Positions 47,394-60,989 of a stretch of DNA of 64,000 bases are shown one piece after another (within the stretch, counting starts at the first letter, position 1; each line of letters starts with the position of its first letter). The DNA comes from Anthoceros angustus. Lineage: Eukaryota; Plantae; Anthocerotophyta. The stretch covers positions 1 to 64,000 of the forward strand of contig MU008226.1 of assembly GCA_010909165.1 (NCBI GenBank). The letters run 5' to 3'. The translations under genes were made by a program, and so were the position numbers. The notes beneath the pieces are model-generated. The model was not told where the DNA came from, did not search any database, and was given only the letters and a program-made list of their open reading frames with translations.

Positions 47394-48299
47394 ACATGGC
47401 AGCACGTTGAAGGGGTTTCTCCAAAACGGTATTGCAAGTTCTGCAGTCTAATCACAGTCCTTGTCTGACTTTTCTCTCCTCTGACATTTAAGATGCCTTT
47501 GGAAGATATTTCAACTGGCATGTTCCACGAAGAAGTGGTTAAGACAGCTTGGTTGAGGCATAAGCAGAGATGGGCGTCCAGGAAACTCTTTATAGGTGAC
47601 AAAGACCCAGGCCTTGAGGTTTAGGACTGAAGCATCCTCAGTTCTTCTTGTATGGATTTCCATAACCTTGTTGGTTTGTGCCTCTGAGTACCGGTTTGGC
47701 AAAAAGGTTTGGCTTGGGCTCAATTCTGCTATGGAGTTGCAAGCGGGCTTTCTTGTCTCAGAAAATATGGGTACGATTAGTATGTTAGGAACGTTCGGGG
47801 TACTACACTGGATACCAAGAAAGCACATACTTTTTTCTAAATTCTTTGCTCCATCCGAGCTGAAAATCTTCTTTACCGCCCCGTGCACCTTGTAACGGCC
47901 ACGTACCTCCACAGCATATACCGCTCCTATTACAGACGAAATATCCTCCTTTTGGCGTCGAGAGACCATTTCCGTTATTAGGAGCACTGGTTTCATATAT
48001 GCTCACCTGTAAGAGTGAGATGAAGCAATGTCTAAAAGTTATGTTGGAGCGGAGCGTGAGCTGCGCTGCTGGTGGGGTGGCCACCGACGAGAAAGTCTGC
48101 AGGGTGGACGCGTGGTGTGCGAGCGGAGCCATAACGGGCCTATTGGGACATTGCGTAGGATGTTGCTTACCTCCCTTGTGTGAGTCACATGTAAAACATT
48201 TTAATTCTAAAGCATTTGAGGCCACACGATATACAATCTATGTAGTCCACAGCAAAAGGGCTAATGTAAGGTCCTTTAGGGCGGTCTAATACATGATCT

Positions 48300-51200
48300 C
48301 GTGCCAATGGGCCACTATTGTAAGGCAATCCAGTGGCCTCCTTGTTGGTTATTGACGTTGTAAGGCCCTCTAGGGTACTCGAATGAGTGGAATATAAATA
48401 CCGATCTTCTCACTAAAAAGATCGATTTGCACTTCGTTAAGTAAACTATTTCACGTAAGCGGATATCCTTCCCTGCCCTATCGAACCTATTCCTTTGTAT
48501 TGCTTTTATGATACAAAGATGCATTAATTTTATGATACAATAACGTTGAGAATCTTGAGCTAAGTCTATTGCACAAATTTATTTTGTTGGATGGTAAATC
48601 GTCTATCTATGTTGTCTCATTATAAATCTTAGATGCAAGTTATTTTATGTTGTCTCATTATAAATCTTATATGCAAGTTATTTTATGTAATAAAAATAAA
48701 TGAGTGACCAATACCTGTCTGAAAAGGGAAATCTTATTGGACATATAAGAGTTATAGATATGAAGGCTATTGACAAGCGCATAACACAAGGGCCTAAAAC
48801 AATCTTGAAGAATTCTAAGCAATGTTCGAGTTTTACAATCATTTGAGAAGTAATGAGCTTCACGGATGGGAATTTGTGATGATGTATCCATTGATGCTCA
48901 AAGTGAAACGTTGTCTTTGGAGATCGATTGTGTCAAGAAGAATCTCATAGAAAGGGTATTAAGCAGATTATCAAATAAATAGATAGAAAGAGACTTTCCC
49001 ATGGATATCACACATTTAAACTCGAGATCGTGTTGATGTATTTTTATATTTCGGACTACATGAAATTACAAGAGAGCATATATACTTCCATGATGACTAG
49101 AGAAGAAGTACGTAAAATGCGTGGTCTGAGTTGACAACTATATAACATGAATAGAAAACAAAGGAGGTAAGTGATATATATACATGCTAAAATATAATAT
49201 TTTAATTAAAAAATAAAAATATGGCACTATGTACAAATAGAGTAACTTATGTAAATTGTGCATAAGGCTATCAATAATAAAAAGAAATAAAAATAATATA
49301 TTACATATAACTAGGCAGAAAGATTAATGTATTCAATTTTGACTTATAAATATGAATTCATAAATAATAGGAAGAAAAAATTAAAGTAGACTTAGAAATG
49401 CAACTACAAAGACTCGACGTCAAGCTGAGCTTGAGCTACGACGTGAAGCAACAATGAATAAATACCAGGTTGAAATACTTGAAGATATAACATAATTCTC
49501 TGGATCCTAGATATTGACATAAATTTAATTTATTAGAAGCTCTTTGGAAGATAAGAAAAAGCAAGAGTTATTTTTGCTACAATGGAGCTAGCATGTTTAC
49601 ATTCATGTAAAGCTAAAGTGTATTTCTATGGTCGTGGTGTATCTTTCTACAAATTAGCCATAGTATTGTTCTTGATGTGCATTCAAATAATAGTCTTTCT
49701 TGCTCAAATTTTTGTAGCCTCTAGAGTTAAACATAAGATTGGCAATAATGTGCAATTTTAAGATCATTGACTCTATTCACAGGTCCTCTTGTATTGAGAA
49801 GGCCAATGAAAGTAGAAGATGTTTTTCTGAGGAATTATGAAGAAGGCATTATTCCACTACATAAAATGTGCCAAACAAAAACATTTTCCTCTTGGAGCTT
49901 GAGAGTATTACAAGAACAACAAAAATCACGCACAAAGATTTCTTTCTACTAAAAGATTTTTCAAAAGGGATGGTGTCAAGGATTGTTTTGGAGCAAATGG
50001 CATGAAATCGTGATCGATAAGCAATATCATGGACGATTACTCGAGACACACTACAATTGAGAGGTATGTGTTTAGTTTTATATATACACTAAATATATAT
50101 CTTGCAACTTTTGACTTCACTTTTGATTATACGCTTTCAAGATATGCAACTTTTGCCACTTTTGATTATACTCTTCCAAGATATAGCTTGTAGACATCTT
50201 TTATGGAAATGATTGATTTGATAAGTATAGTAATTATAATAATCATACATTCATTGAATTTTATTACTAAGTATTTTATATAATATTTTATAAAACTATT
50301 CAATCATTAGAATTAGCAACTTATTATCACATCAACTTATGATACTTTAGGCCATCCAACAATTTAAACAACTTGAAAATTTTGGAGAAAAGAAAAGAAA
50401 GGATAATTTGAGCAAACAAGCTTGGGGACAATGGCGACTAGAAGAAGCAAGAACCCTCAAATTCATGATTGAACTTGAAGAAGACCGAATTGGGTGTGAG
50501 CATATAGGTTTAAGTGCATGCCTCTAAACTGCAATGTGCTATATTTATCTATTCTAGAGTATATTAATGGTTTTACAAAATTAACCTCAAGTTAAACATT
50601 TCATGCTTTCAAGCAATTGTTTGATTTTGCTCATTTTTAAATTAAATTTCATATCTCATACATGTAAAAGCCAAGGTAGAAGGTGCCTGAAAGATTAACA
50701 AGAATGACAACCTGCATTCATGGTCATATAGGGCACTATCCAGCTTTCGTGGATGGCAAGATGCAATAGAACATCAAAGAGTTGAGATTTCTAAGAAGGA
50801 AAGTAGTGTGGTGTAAAATTCATAATTGGCTTAATGAGAATCTTGATGTTAGTATAAAAGTCTAGCATTTCTTCATGACGCAATTCAAAGTAAGATTTCA
50901 TAATAAAATTGGATTTTCACATCATATATGTAAAGAATAATTTTTACATAATACTTTCTAATTTGACTAGATAAAATTTAACGATCACCCCCATTATACT
51001 TACCCTAGTTGGTAGGCACCGCACCTAATTGGTTAGGTGTATCTTTCAATATTCAATTCAATAGAAGGATGGTTTGGTGTGGAATAATTGTTTATCAATC
51101 ATACTAAAAAGTAAAATTTATTTATGAATAAATTTTTATTATATTTTAATTTTATTAGGTGTGTACCAATATATGTATCTACTTATACCTAGATGTGGAA

Positions 51201-51700
51201 TGCAATTTTGGGTCACGCTCAAGTGGGTTCGTTTTGGAGAAGACCCAATTTCTTTTGGTGAACGGTTTGAAAGGAATGTGTTAGAACTTTTTTTGGTTCT
51301 TTTGGAGTCGTAGGATAGTGTTAGGAAGGAAGGTAGAAAGCTTAGGGAGAAAGCGGGCAAAATGGCCTTCAAGAGAGGAGAGTAGGTGCCAAACCCTAAT
51401 CAACGGCATCTCTGTCAGGGTGGGTGCCTCACTGGTGGTGGGGTGGCTACCTATTAATGTAGGTTGTTCGAGTAGAAGACATGGTAAAGGACTATATATG
51501 TGATTAGTGGGCGGATTAGGATAATTATGTCTTAAATAGGGTAGTTAAAGACAATCCAAGATAATTAGGATAATTAGGATGAATTTGGTAATTAGAATGA
51601 TTAAGAGAAATTAGGAAATTAGATAATTAGGAAAATACCAATTCAGGATAAGGCAATAAGGGAAATTAATATTTCCGATATCGATGGTGAGGAAGGTGCG
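48300..51700. mobile_element. AT-rich degenerate element with exon-like islands; family not identified
   Basis: Sharp drop in GC, short coding-like patches flanked by AG/GT (e.g. ~50400-50510, ~50680-50810). No diagnostic motif or TIR found, so boundaries are approximate. Confidence 0.3.
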
Positions 51701-52099
51701 ATGTGGCACCCATCTAACAATCAAGGTTTGGGAGGCATTACTTCAACCGGACCCCCACTCACCTTTTCTCTTGCAGCTTGGAGTCCCCACAATTGCATGT
51801 CAATGTAAGGGAGGCGGCCGTGGTAGCTGGGCGCGCGCTATGGTGGCGAGCACAAGGGCAGCGTACAATGGCTACGCCGAGGAGGAAGCGCCTGCATTGT
51901 GGCAAGAGCACGAGAGGGCACTAGGAGTAAGCCCGGGTGGCGGTGGCGCAGATTGGGTGGTTGCATTGGAGCGGTTGTAAGAAATTGTATGGCGAAGGAG
52001 CGACGGGCTAGAAGAAGAAACCCCTATGACGGTGAAGAGGGAGAAGAGATTGTGTGTAGTGGACAAGTTGTTGGGGAGGCTGTGGCCTAGGGCGGAGGC

Positions 52100-52960
52100 T
52101 CAGCAGAGCCTAAGGGCTGTGGTTTGAGGCCAAAGCACTAGGAGGCCGTTGAGAGATGAGTTGTGGCAGAGAGGGCGCCAGTTGCCTGGGGTCTTAGGAG
52201 CTTGTGGGCAGTTCGGGAGGAATTTGCCACTTTTTGTGGCAATTGGGACTAGGAGACACCTCTTGAGGGAATAGGGGTAAAAGGCTTGGCAAGGGTGTGC
52301 AAAGGGCTGTTGAGGGCTCTGTTTGGCTATTGAGGCTAAGGCTGGAGTGCAGGTAACCTACCATGGGGAAGTAGGAGTCACGGAGGAAGGAGTTTTCTCC
52401 TCAATTTCTTGAAGGGAATCAGGAAGGAGACATGGTGAAGACTCCTAGGGTGAGTAGAGCAAAGAAGAAGGGGCCACGCCAAGCGGAGGCCACCTCAAGT
52501 CAATCACCCTTGAAGGAGAAGGGGCAGCTAAAGGCAAGGAGGCTAAGGCGAGACTCGAATTCCCAAGAAGGGGCTGGAAATGCCCAAGTTTATGTGCTTT
52601 GCGGATCGGATGTTCCCAAAGGACTTGATGGATTTTAGACCGAGCTAGGAGAATATCCAAGCGGTGGGTGTGTAAGCCTTGGGCCTACTCAAATGCAGGT
52701 TGATTGAGGTGCTACTGAGCCTCCATCAATCGGAGGATTATTTAGCAACCCTACTAGAGAGGAACGGGACTAACCCTCGATGGGACGGTGTGCAGCAGAC
52801 AGTGTATGGAAGACCTCACAACGAGGATAGCGGGATAGTTCTCATGGAGAGAACTGGTAATGAGAAGAGGTCTCCTATGCCACCTTTGCTTGATGAGGCC
52901 GTAGCTCTCATGGTGGGATTGTGGGAGGAAAATCCCGGGCTTCCGAGATTCACCCTCTAG
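52100..52960 (-). mobile_element. Degenerate RTE-like LINE 3' fragment
   Basis: The minus strand resembles the post-RT region of the LINE at 5400-6300. Heavily degraded. Confidence 0.45.
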
Positions 52961-53049
52961 AGGTCATACTTATCCCATCGCTTAATACGTTGGGTTTAGT
53001 CCCATGAGACTTGTGTGGACCGTCGGATTTTGAGAGATCAATCGCTGAC

Positions 53050-53790
53050 TACACCCACTCACAACATCAGCCCCTCAACAAGCAAGGCGCCCTCTAACTT
53101 CCCTCTACAGATGCACCACTTGCCTTTGCTCCAAAATTCACCAACTCGACCTACAACGACACAACACAATGAGGCCATGCCTCAGCGGAAAGGAGTCCAC
53201 CACAGGCGCCAGGGACCCCGGCCACGCCCGCGATTTTGTCCCCACCTCCTCCAACGATGGAGCGCTTCTTGCAGATTTGGGATTTCCCCGTAGGCTCGCC
53301 TTGGGCCTTCTGCTATTTCCTACACTCTAATCCTCTACTCAACATTCCACTCCTCCTCATCCTCAACGCTCAGCTCGACTCAACTCATCATCCTCCTACT
53401 CTAACCTCACTTCAAGCTCATTGGCCCCAACTCCCTTACAGCTGGCTTGGGGTCCACCTACAAGCCAGCAAGTTCTTCCTTGGGCGGTTGCTTTGAGTTT
53501 GACACAGGGCAGTGAGAACCTCTAGAGTCTTTCACGTAGTCTACCCTCAAGCCGAGAGTCCCTTGGGCATTGCCACACACCCAAAGCAAAGCAATTTCAC
53601 AGCAACCATTCACAAGGGGCCCGCAGGATCGAGCCCTCTACCAAGCACTCCGACCACCGCAAACTTCCTTTCTACCAGACACTGTGTTAGCTTTTAGTCG
53701 GCACGAAATTCCTTCACCAGGAGCAAAGGACTCACGAGTTTGGAAGTGCAAGACGTGATACTTTACCTCTCAAAACTTGTCCTCTTATGT
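53050..53790 (+). repeat. Second copy of the 40428-41130 dispersed repeat
   Basis: Reverse-complement match to 40428-41130. Confidence 0.7.
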
Positions 53791-54337
53791 AGAACATATA
53801 TATACGGCCTCCCTTAGTCTAGACTCCCTCTTCCTTGATGGCTGCCAGCTACACAATTTAATATTTCTTGACCTTTCAAAAGGCCTCATTAATACTTTCC
53901 TTGGAAACTTAACCCAACCGTTAGCAGGCCTTTAAATAATTCTTATCTACCTCACCCACTTGCAACCATCATAGCTTCCTCTTTAACACTCCTAGCTAAC
54001 AATAGTCCTAGCTACAAGCAATCCTCCAAGGCGTCAAGCTGTGATCCTAAGAGAGTTGTCAAGTTTTTAAAACCTTAGGGGAGACCTTACCCTTATCTTC
54101 CCCCACACTCCTTATTACCATCCATTCTAGCTCAATGGGCTCAAGAGTAGAGCCCTCTCGTCCTCCTTGAGGGAGGATATAGCTTCGAGTTTGTTAAGAT
54201 GGATATGACTATGTAAAGATGTAGGTGATTGAGCTTACTATAAGTATATAGAAGTGGGTAAATGAAACATATACCCCTATTGAGTAGAAAATGTGAGTGA
54301 CACTTTTAGGGTTTAACAGGGTGAGACCAGCTAGCTA

Positions 54338-54555
54338 TAGGCCAAATGGCTTAGGCCAAATGGACACACATTTATAAGAACGCTGTGATTAAGCATTTTG
54401 AGCTTAGATCAGTACTTAAATGGGGTGCCTAAAGGAGTGGATGCCCTTGGTGCAAGTAGCTTAGGCACACCATGGTACAAGTTGTCAAGTACCAAGTCCC
54501 ATGACGGAAATCCGTCCTTACTGGACTTAAGTAAAATTCTTCTTCTTCTTCTTCT
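54338..54555 (+). mobile_element. Best-preserved SINE-like family copy with (TTC)n tail and possible CTATAG target duplication
   Basis: TAGGCCAAATGGCTTAGGCCAAATGG ... GGACTTAAGTAAAATTCTTCTTCTTCTTCT, with CTATAG at both flanks. Confidence 0.8.
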
Positions 54556-54559
54556 ATAG

Positions 54560-57500
54560 CAAGTTCAGCTCTTTGACTATTGTCTTTGTGTTGTTTGCTC
54601 AAAGTTGCTCTTCATTTGTGTTTTAAGGCCTTGTATAGGTGGTCTTAGTTTTGCAATTCTGAACACTTGCTTTCTTGACACTTCTTACCCTCTTGAAGCA
54701 TGGTTAGCTTCCAATCTCAACATTTCGCTGGCCATCCATCCCCTAGTAAGATAGTTCTGACCCTCTTGGCCGCAGGCATGTCTTCCACACATGCTTTCCT
54801 TACCCTAGGGGAGGAGGGTTTCACCTCCTTAGCCCCTTGTTCTCCCACTAATTTACCAGTGGCCTCCTTAGCACCTTGTTCTCCCACTAATTTACCAGGG
54901 GCCTCCTTAGGCCCTTGTTCTCCCACTAATTTACCAGGGGCAGCAACCCCTGACCTTGCTTCCTCTGTAGGGGGAAAAGTATTGGCTTCCCCCATCGCCT
55001 CATTCCCCTTAGCAGCCCTCGGACCTACCGGGAGGTCCCACCTATGGTGGTAGGTAGGTCACCACCACGATGGGTGCCTTACCTCACGGTGAGGGTACTC
55101 CGGCCACGGCAATGGGTGCACGACTCGTCGGTGGGTCTCATACCTTCACTGAGGTAAGCTCCCACCGTGCAATCACCCCTTTCCTCGCCATCGGCAGCGC
55201 CTATCACAAGGGCTCCCCTAGCTGCCCTGTCCTTCCTGCTGTACTTCCTCTTCCTCGGTAGCCTCCTCCCACTCGGACTCCTTGGAGTCCATGTCACTCT
55301 TAGCTTCTTCAAAGTCTAAGGATCCGACCATCGTCATAAGGGCCTCCCTGTCATCATCATGTGGCCCGCATCCTCCTCTTCACAATATTTTTTGCAATGA
55401 GCTTACACTCCAAACTACCACCATGCTTCATGAGCTTGGGTTTCCTTGTTGAAACCCTTTCGGCATCGGCTTCTTCGCAACCTCATCCTTGCAGCTTGGC
55501 CCTTAGCAATCCCATAAGGAGAACAAACACCAAGATGCAAGAAAGAAAAAAGAAGATAAGAGGAGAAGAAGAAGACATGGGAGATTGCCCTTTGCCATGC
55601 TTTTTAAGAACTCACTATCTACAACAAATAGAAAAGAAGAGATCATCATAGATTCTACAATAGCTCAGCTAGAAGGCAAGAGAATTCACCCAAGCACTAA
55701 GGAAACTAAGGACGCCCCCCACCCCTCTAAGAAGAAATTCACTCTCAAAACCCAGCCAAGGCACACCAAGACCCGAGAAATTGGTAGCACAAGAAAGAGA
55801 ACACCAAGAGATGGCGGCCTCACTCCTAAGATGGCACACACACAAGCAGAGGGCGCATACACAAGCTCTAGCTCACTCCCCCCTGTACTTTAAGACAACG
55901 CTCCAGTCTTCTCATGTGACAATTATAGCAACAGAGCTTGCCCAAATTGAATCCTAAATTGCAGCCATGAAATTAAATGGTTATTGCAAGCATGCAGCCA
56001 TATCCCATCCATTATTCCACACAGCCAGCCATAACTTCTAATTTCTATCGAGCCATCATCAATGCATGAATCTAAGGCTTCTCCTCATCCATCTTGCACA
56101 AATTCAAGACCTTAGCTGGTTTGCACCAAGAAGGCTCTTAAGTCATTAATCCTTCAGCTCAGCAAGAAGAACATTCCACCATCTCCTTGGCCCTAGGCGC
56201 CCATAGAGACCATCTTGCCCAGCAAAACCCAAGGAAAAAGCTCAATCCTCAGCCTCCAAAACCCATGCGCGGGCTGCCTCGACCCCTACTAAGCACTCTC
56301 CCAATCAGCTCGACCCTCTAGCACTCTCCCAATGAACTCCCGTGTGTCTTCTCAAATATGAGCTTATATTCCTCACACAAAAAGCACCCCATTTGGCTGA
56401 TCCGTCCTTAGCACGCTTAATTCTTGAGTTTTACACTCCAATATCCAACACACCAAGTTCCCTTGTGCATGCCTGCTAAATAAATTTTACTCATTCCCTA
56501 TTGAACTCCTCACCAAGCTCCTTACCAACATTTCTCCTTAGCGAACTCCTCCACCAACTCTCGTATTAGCCTCGTTGCTGCCCAACTCTTTCGCCACCAC
56601 AACGGCATCCCTTCACATCTACTTGCAGCCCTACTACAAATTCCGCCTTCATGATGCACACCCTGTTGCGATTCCTTCACCATGTTGCAGCCCACCTGCT
56701 GCCTTCTTGTGGCTGTGTTACACCTCCATCTTGCAGCCCAGCTGCAAATTTAGCTTGCCATGAGCGCTCTACCACGACCTCCTAGTTTGCTTTGCGGTCC
56801 TATCATGCCATCCTCACACGCGTTACTCTACAAGCACTTCCACATGCTTCGGCACCACCATGGCCTCCTCTTGCAAATGATTAGCATTCGGTGCACCATA
56901 ACTTCAGCTTTCTTCCCTGTCTTCTTTATCCTTTGCCTTGTGGCCTTCATCCTCCTGCAACATGTGCTAGGCACTCTCCAATTCCCCTTCCTTCACCCCC
57001 AAACTACGGCGGGTCTCTCTTAAAACATCTTGGACACTCCCTCCTTGCTTGGCATGGCCCCTTGGTGTCCATACCATAGTAGGTATGGTACCTACCCTCA
57101 TAGGTGCAGCACCACCATGGTAGGTATCGTACTACCATGGTAGGTTCCACCAACCACTTCTTTGCCCTCACATCTTATGTTCCTGGAGCCTCTCCTTGGG
57201 ACTCCTTGCGTGTTGCCTCTTGCTTTGGTGCAAGTTGACATAACATTCCTCAATCAACTCTAAATTCAATAAGCCCAAATCTCTACCATACACCCAATCT
57301 AGCTGAATATTCTCCTCCGCTGTCCAAGGCCTAAAATCTGCAAGGTCCTTTAAGGTAATTGCCCTGCAAAGCATGTGAATTGTGGCATATCTAGCTTCCA
57401 TCCTTGGTGTGGAGTTCCAACCTTAGGCTTGACCTTTGCACCCTGCTCCTTTGTGGGTGGCTTGGTCTTCGGCCGCCTCCTTTCCTTCACTTTGGAAGGC

Positions 57501-57950
57501 CTTTTCATGGCTTTCTTGTTGAGCTCTTGCACAAAGTTGAGAAAAAGGGTCACTTCTCCTGCAACTCTTACTACTTGCATTCCTACTGTTGTTGACCTTC
57601 CTCCCTTACGGTTTTCACACACAATCCACCTTGACCTCGCCCTTGCTCACAATTCTCCTTGCTCCTTCAACCTTGCCTTCCTAAGCACCAACTCCACCTG
57701 CTGTATAATAACTAACCACCTAAATAACTACTAAGAAAACTTACTTAGTGCCCTAGGTATAAAATAATGTTTAACTAAAGGTGCCCTAGTGAATAGTGCC
57801 ATAAACCTACTATATTTTATCACTCCCACTCACTATGAATTGAGGGTGATTAAGTAGAGTGCTTTTACGGCTTCAAAATGAGCCAAATAGGCATAAAATT
57901 GAAAACTAGTTTTAAGGTAAAACTAACTTGAAAGCATAAGGCAAATAAGG
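54560..57950 (-). mobile_element. Probable accessory/non-pol region of a large LTR retroelement (degenerate charged ORFs)
   Basis: Purine-rich minus-strand ORF pieces (e.g. DFRPWTAEENIQLDWVYGRDLGLLNLELIEECY; 13-aa repeats GKLVGEQGAKEA) and palindromic CCATGGTAGGT motifs. Family assignment is inference. Confidence 0.4.
54827..54945 (-). repeat. 39-bp in-frame tandem repeat, 3 copies
   Basis: CCTTGTTCTCCCACTAATTTACCAG units encode GKLVGEQG(P/A)KEA in ORF 54717-54995. Confidence 0.9.
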
Positions 57951-57989
57951 TAAATAATCTAAACCCAATTGGGGTTTAGATCTGGACCT

Positions 57990-59170
57990 TTTGTCTATAA
58001 GGAATGTTCTTCATCTCCTCCTCCTTGTGATTGCTTGCAGGACATTGGTCTTTGCTAAGCCTTATCTAAAGAGGCGTTGCAATTGGCCTGCAATCAGTCA
58101 TTCCAAAACGATCCAAGAGTTCCTCAATGTACTTGAGTTGTCCAAGCTTGATTGTTCTCCTCACCTGTCTCTAACCACTTGAATGCCAAGGCAATAGTTG
58201 AGCTCCCCAAGTCCTTCATTTCAAATTGTCTTGACAACATCTCCTTTACCTCATTGATGGCATCTATAGATGCTCAACAAAATGAGGTCATCCACGTATA
58301 TGGCTAGAATAACCATAGATTGGAGAACTTTGGATATGTAGATGCTCTCATCGGCATTGTTGAAATCCTTGCTCCTTTAAGAAGGCATTGATCTTCTCAT
58401 ACCAAGCTCTAGACCCTTGCTTCAATCCATAGAGAGCTTTCTTCAATTTGCACACCAAACTCTCATTGCCTTTTTCGATATACCCTTCAGGTTGCTCCAT
58501 ATAAATGTCCTCCTCCAAATCTCCATTGAGAAATGCAGTTTTACATCCATTTGATGAATCTCCAAATCATCAATTGCTCCACAAGTAAAGTCCTTATTGA
58601 CACAAATTTGGCCACTGGAGCAAAGGTCTCATTGTAATCGATGCCTTGTTCTTGGCTATATCCCTTCACCACCAATCTTGCCTTATATCTCTCAATCTGA
58701 CCATTAGAATCTCTCTTGATTCTAAACACCCATTTGCTCCCAATAGCATTCCTTCCCAGCAAGGAGGTTAATACCCAAGTGTCATTCTTCTTCAACGACT
58801 TCATCTCATCATCCATAGCTTCTTTCCATTGCTTTGCATCCTTCCCTTGTAGTGCTTCAGCTATCGTTCTTGGTTCCCTCCCATATTCCATAGCAATGGA
58901 TGCAAACTCTGGTCCTTCTCTCCAATCTCTTGGTGGACGACGCTCCCTTGTTGGATATCTCCTCGGAGGAAGAATTTCTTCTCTCAAGGGTTCTTCCTCA
59001 TTGTTTCTCTAGGGATCATTTCATTCCCATCAATCGAATGACGTCTTTTCCAATTGGTTCTTGAGGTATCACAACCTCATGAGCATCAACAATAGGAAAT
59101 TTCTGCTATCTATAGTCTCCGCCTCATCAAAACCACATCTCTACTTATGATGATGCGCCTAGATGCCTTA
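57990..59170 (-). mobile_element. Ty1/copia fragment 1 (integrase tail + RT)
   Basis: YDKASRRIIISRDVVFDE; EPRTIAEAL..WKEAMDDEMKSLKKNDTW..SKWVFRIKRD..RYKARLVVKGYSQEQGIDYNETFAPV; YVDD region. Confidence 0.95.
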
Positions 59171-59370
59171 TCATACAATCCACAGTGAGCTCAAAGATTG
59201 AAAGTCTCGAGCCGAGGAGTACCCAAACGAATGGTGAAGGCGAGGGTTGGGAAGAGTCCGGGTCAAAGTAGTAGCAATGAGGAGCTGAAGTTGTTGGCTT
59301 AGTCTTTGGGTCAAGCGAGGAGCTCCCGCCTTTCTCGCTGGAGAGTGTCGGGAAGCCGAGATAAGTTTCT

Positions 59371-60576
59371 CTATCCACCAGCCCAATACCTTGAGTGCTT
59401 GTGGCGGTGCTTTGGGAAGTCCTTGGTCAACAGGGTGATATTGTCGCTTGTGTTGATGTAACAAAGTGAGACTTGCTTGTTGGCCACCACTTGTCGAATA
59501 AAGTGATGTTGGATCTCCACATGCTTAGTCCTTGCGTGCAACACTGGGTTATGAGTCATAGCTATCGCGGATTGGTTGTCGCAGTGCAGCTAGGTTGCCT
59601 GATCTTGTTTCTCGTCGATGTCGTCGGCGAACCGAATCCACAATATCCCTTGGGCGATAGAGTTGTGCGCACTCGGCCTCGGTAGATGAGGTGTGATAGT
59701 CTGCATCTTCTTGCAGCCCACGAGACCGCATACGTTGATAATAATGCGAGAGCGTTGACCTCCTGAGTCGGGGTCACTAACTGCATTTGAGAAGGAGATT
59801 AGAGTGAGTTTGGATGAGTGATCACCTATGTAGAGAAGTCCGTATGATTTCGTCCTTTTTAAGTAACGAAGTATTCTCTTGACGCAGGTCCAGTGCACTT
59901 TGCCGAGATTGGAGAGGTATCTCGATGCTATATTCACGGCTTGTGCAACATCTGGTCTCGTCCAGATTGATAAATAGAGCAGGCTTCCAACCGCCTCGCT
60001 GTAGGGGATGCTTCTCATCTCCTGTATTTCTTCTGCAGTACTGGGGTAGTCTGCTGCTGATACTTTCTCTCCGGAGGCAATTGGTGTAGACACTGGCTTA
60101 GCGTCCTTCAGGTTGAATCTTTCCGATCGCCACGTAATGCTCTTGATGGATAAAAGGTGTGCTCTTCCTTCTTAAATTCAAACTGCTTCTAGTCCATAGC
60201 GCAGAGGTCCCATGTCGACGACGCCGTACTCCATTGATAGCGGTGTCCTTGACATCTTGTATAACTTAAAGGTTCTTGCCAATATAAAATTGTCGTCACG
60301 TACAAGGTGACTATTACCGTCTTTGTCTTCAAGATGTAAACGGTATCGGAGATGAGAGGATGAAGCCACATTTCTGTATCTAGATGTCCACAATCTCATT
60401 CCATACTTGTGCAGTTGTTTCAATCAGAATGGATTTAAGTAGCTTGATTTTGTCACTCCTTCACAAACCACAGTGGTCAAGCATGTAAATGTCTTTGTGT
60501 AGAGTCCCATACAAAATCGCATTGACACGTGTATGTGCAGGTGATGATGGGCTAAGGCTAAGAACATGATAATCCT
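59371..60576 (-). mobile_element. Ty1/copia fragment 2 (RT C-terminal half + RNase H), interrupted by copia 3
   Basis: NAILYGTLHKDIYM; PYSEAVGSLLYLSIWTRPDVAQAV; HWTCVKRILRYLK; NPVLHARTKHVEIQHHFIRQ. Confidence 0.93.
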
Positions 60577-60989
60577 TGAAGGGGTTAATATACCCTAAGG
60601 GGTTTTCATCCAAATATGGTCGGAAGGGGGTTTGGGAAGGGTCCCATGCAGTTCCTTTGGGCAACATCGCTCCAAAAAAGCCTGAAAATAAGGGTGGATA
60701 ATGGATGGAATCGACGTCCGGGCAAGGCTCCATCACACAAAGGGTGAGGGGTGATGGATCATGTGGCGACCATGATGGTGAAAGGAGAGGGAGAGGAGGA
60801 AGGTGTAACTCTCTCCCATTGAGATGAGGCTGGAGGATTTATATACCCTCCAGGGCTCCTAGGAAGCTCCGAAGCCCCTAGGAAGGAGCACAAGAAGCTT
60901 CCTAGTGATTAGCTAAACTAATGATATAGCGACACCTAACTTAGACTAAGTGTATTAGTCTAAGTACATTGAGCTTTAATACCCTTACA
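60577..60989 (-). repeat. 3' LTR (~410 bp) of copia 3
   Basis: Starts TGTAAGGGTA on the minus strand right after PPT AAGTGGGAGGT (60990-61001). Probable end ..ACCCCTTCA. Internal 11-bp hairpin at 60939-60965. Confidence 0.65.
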
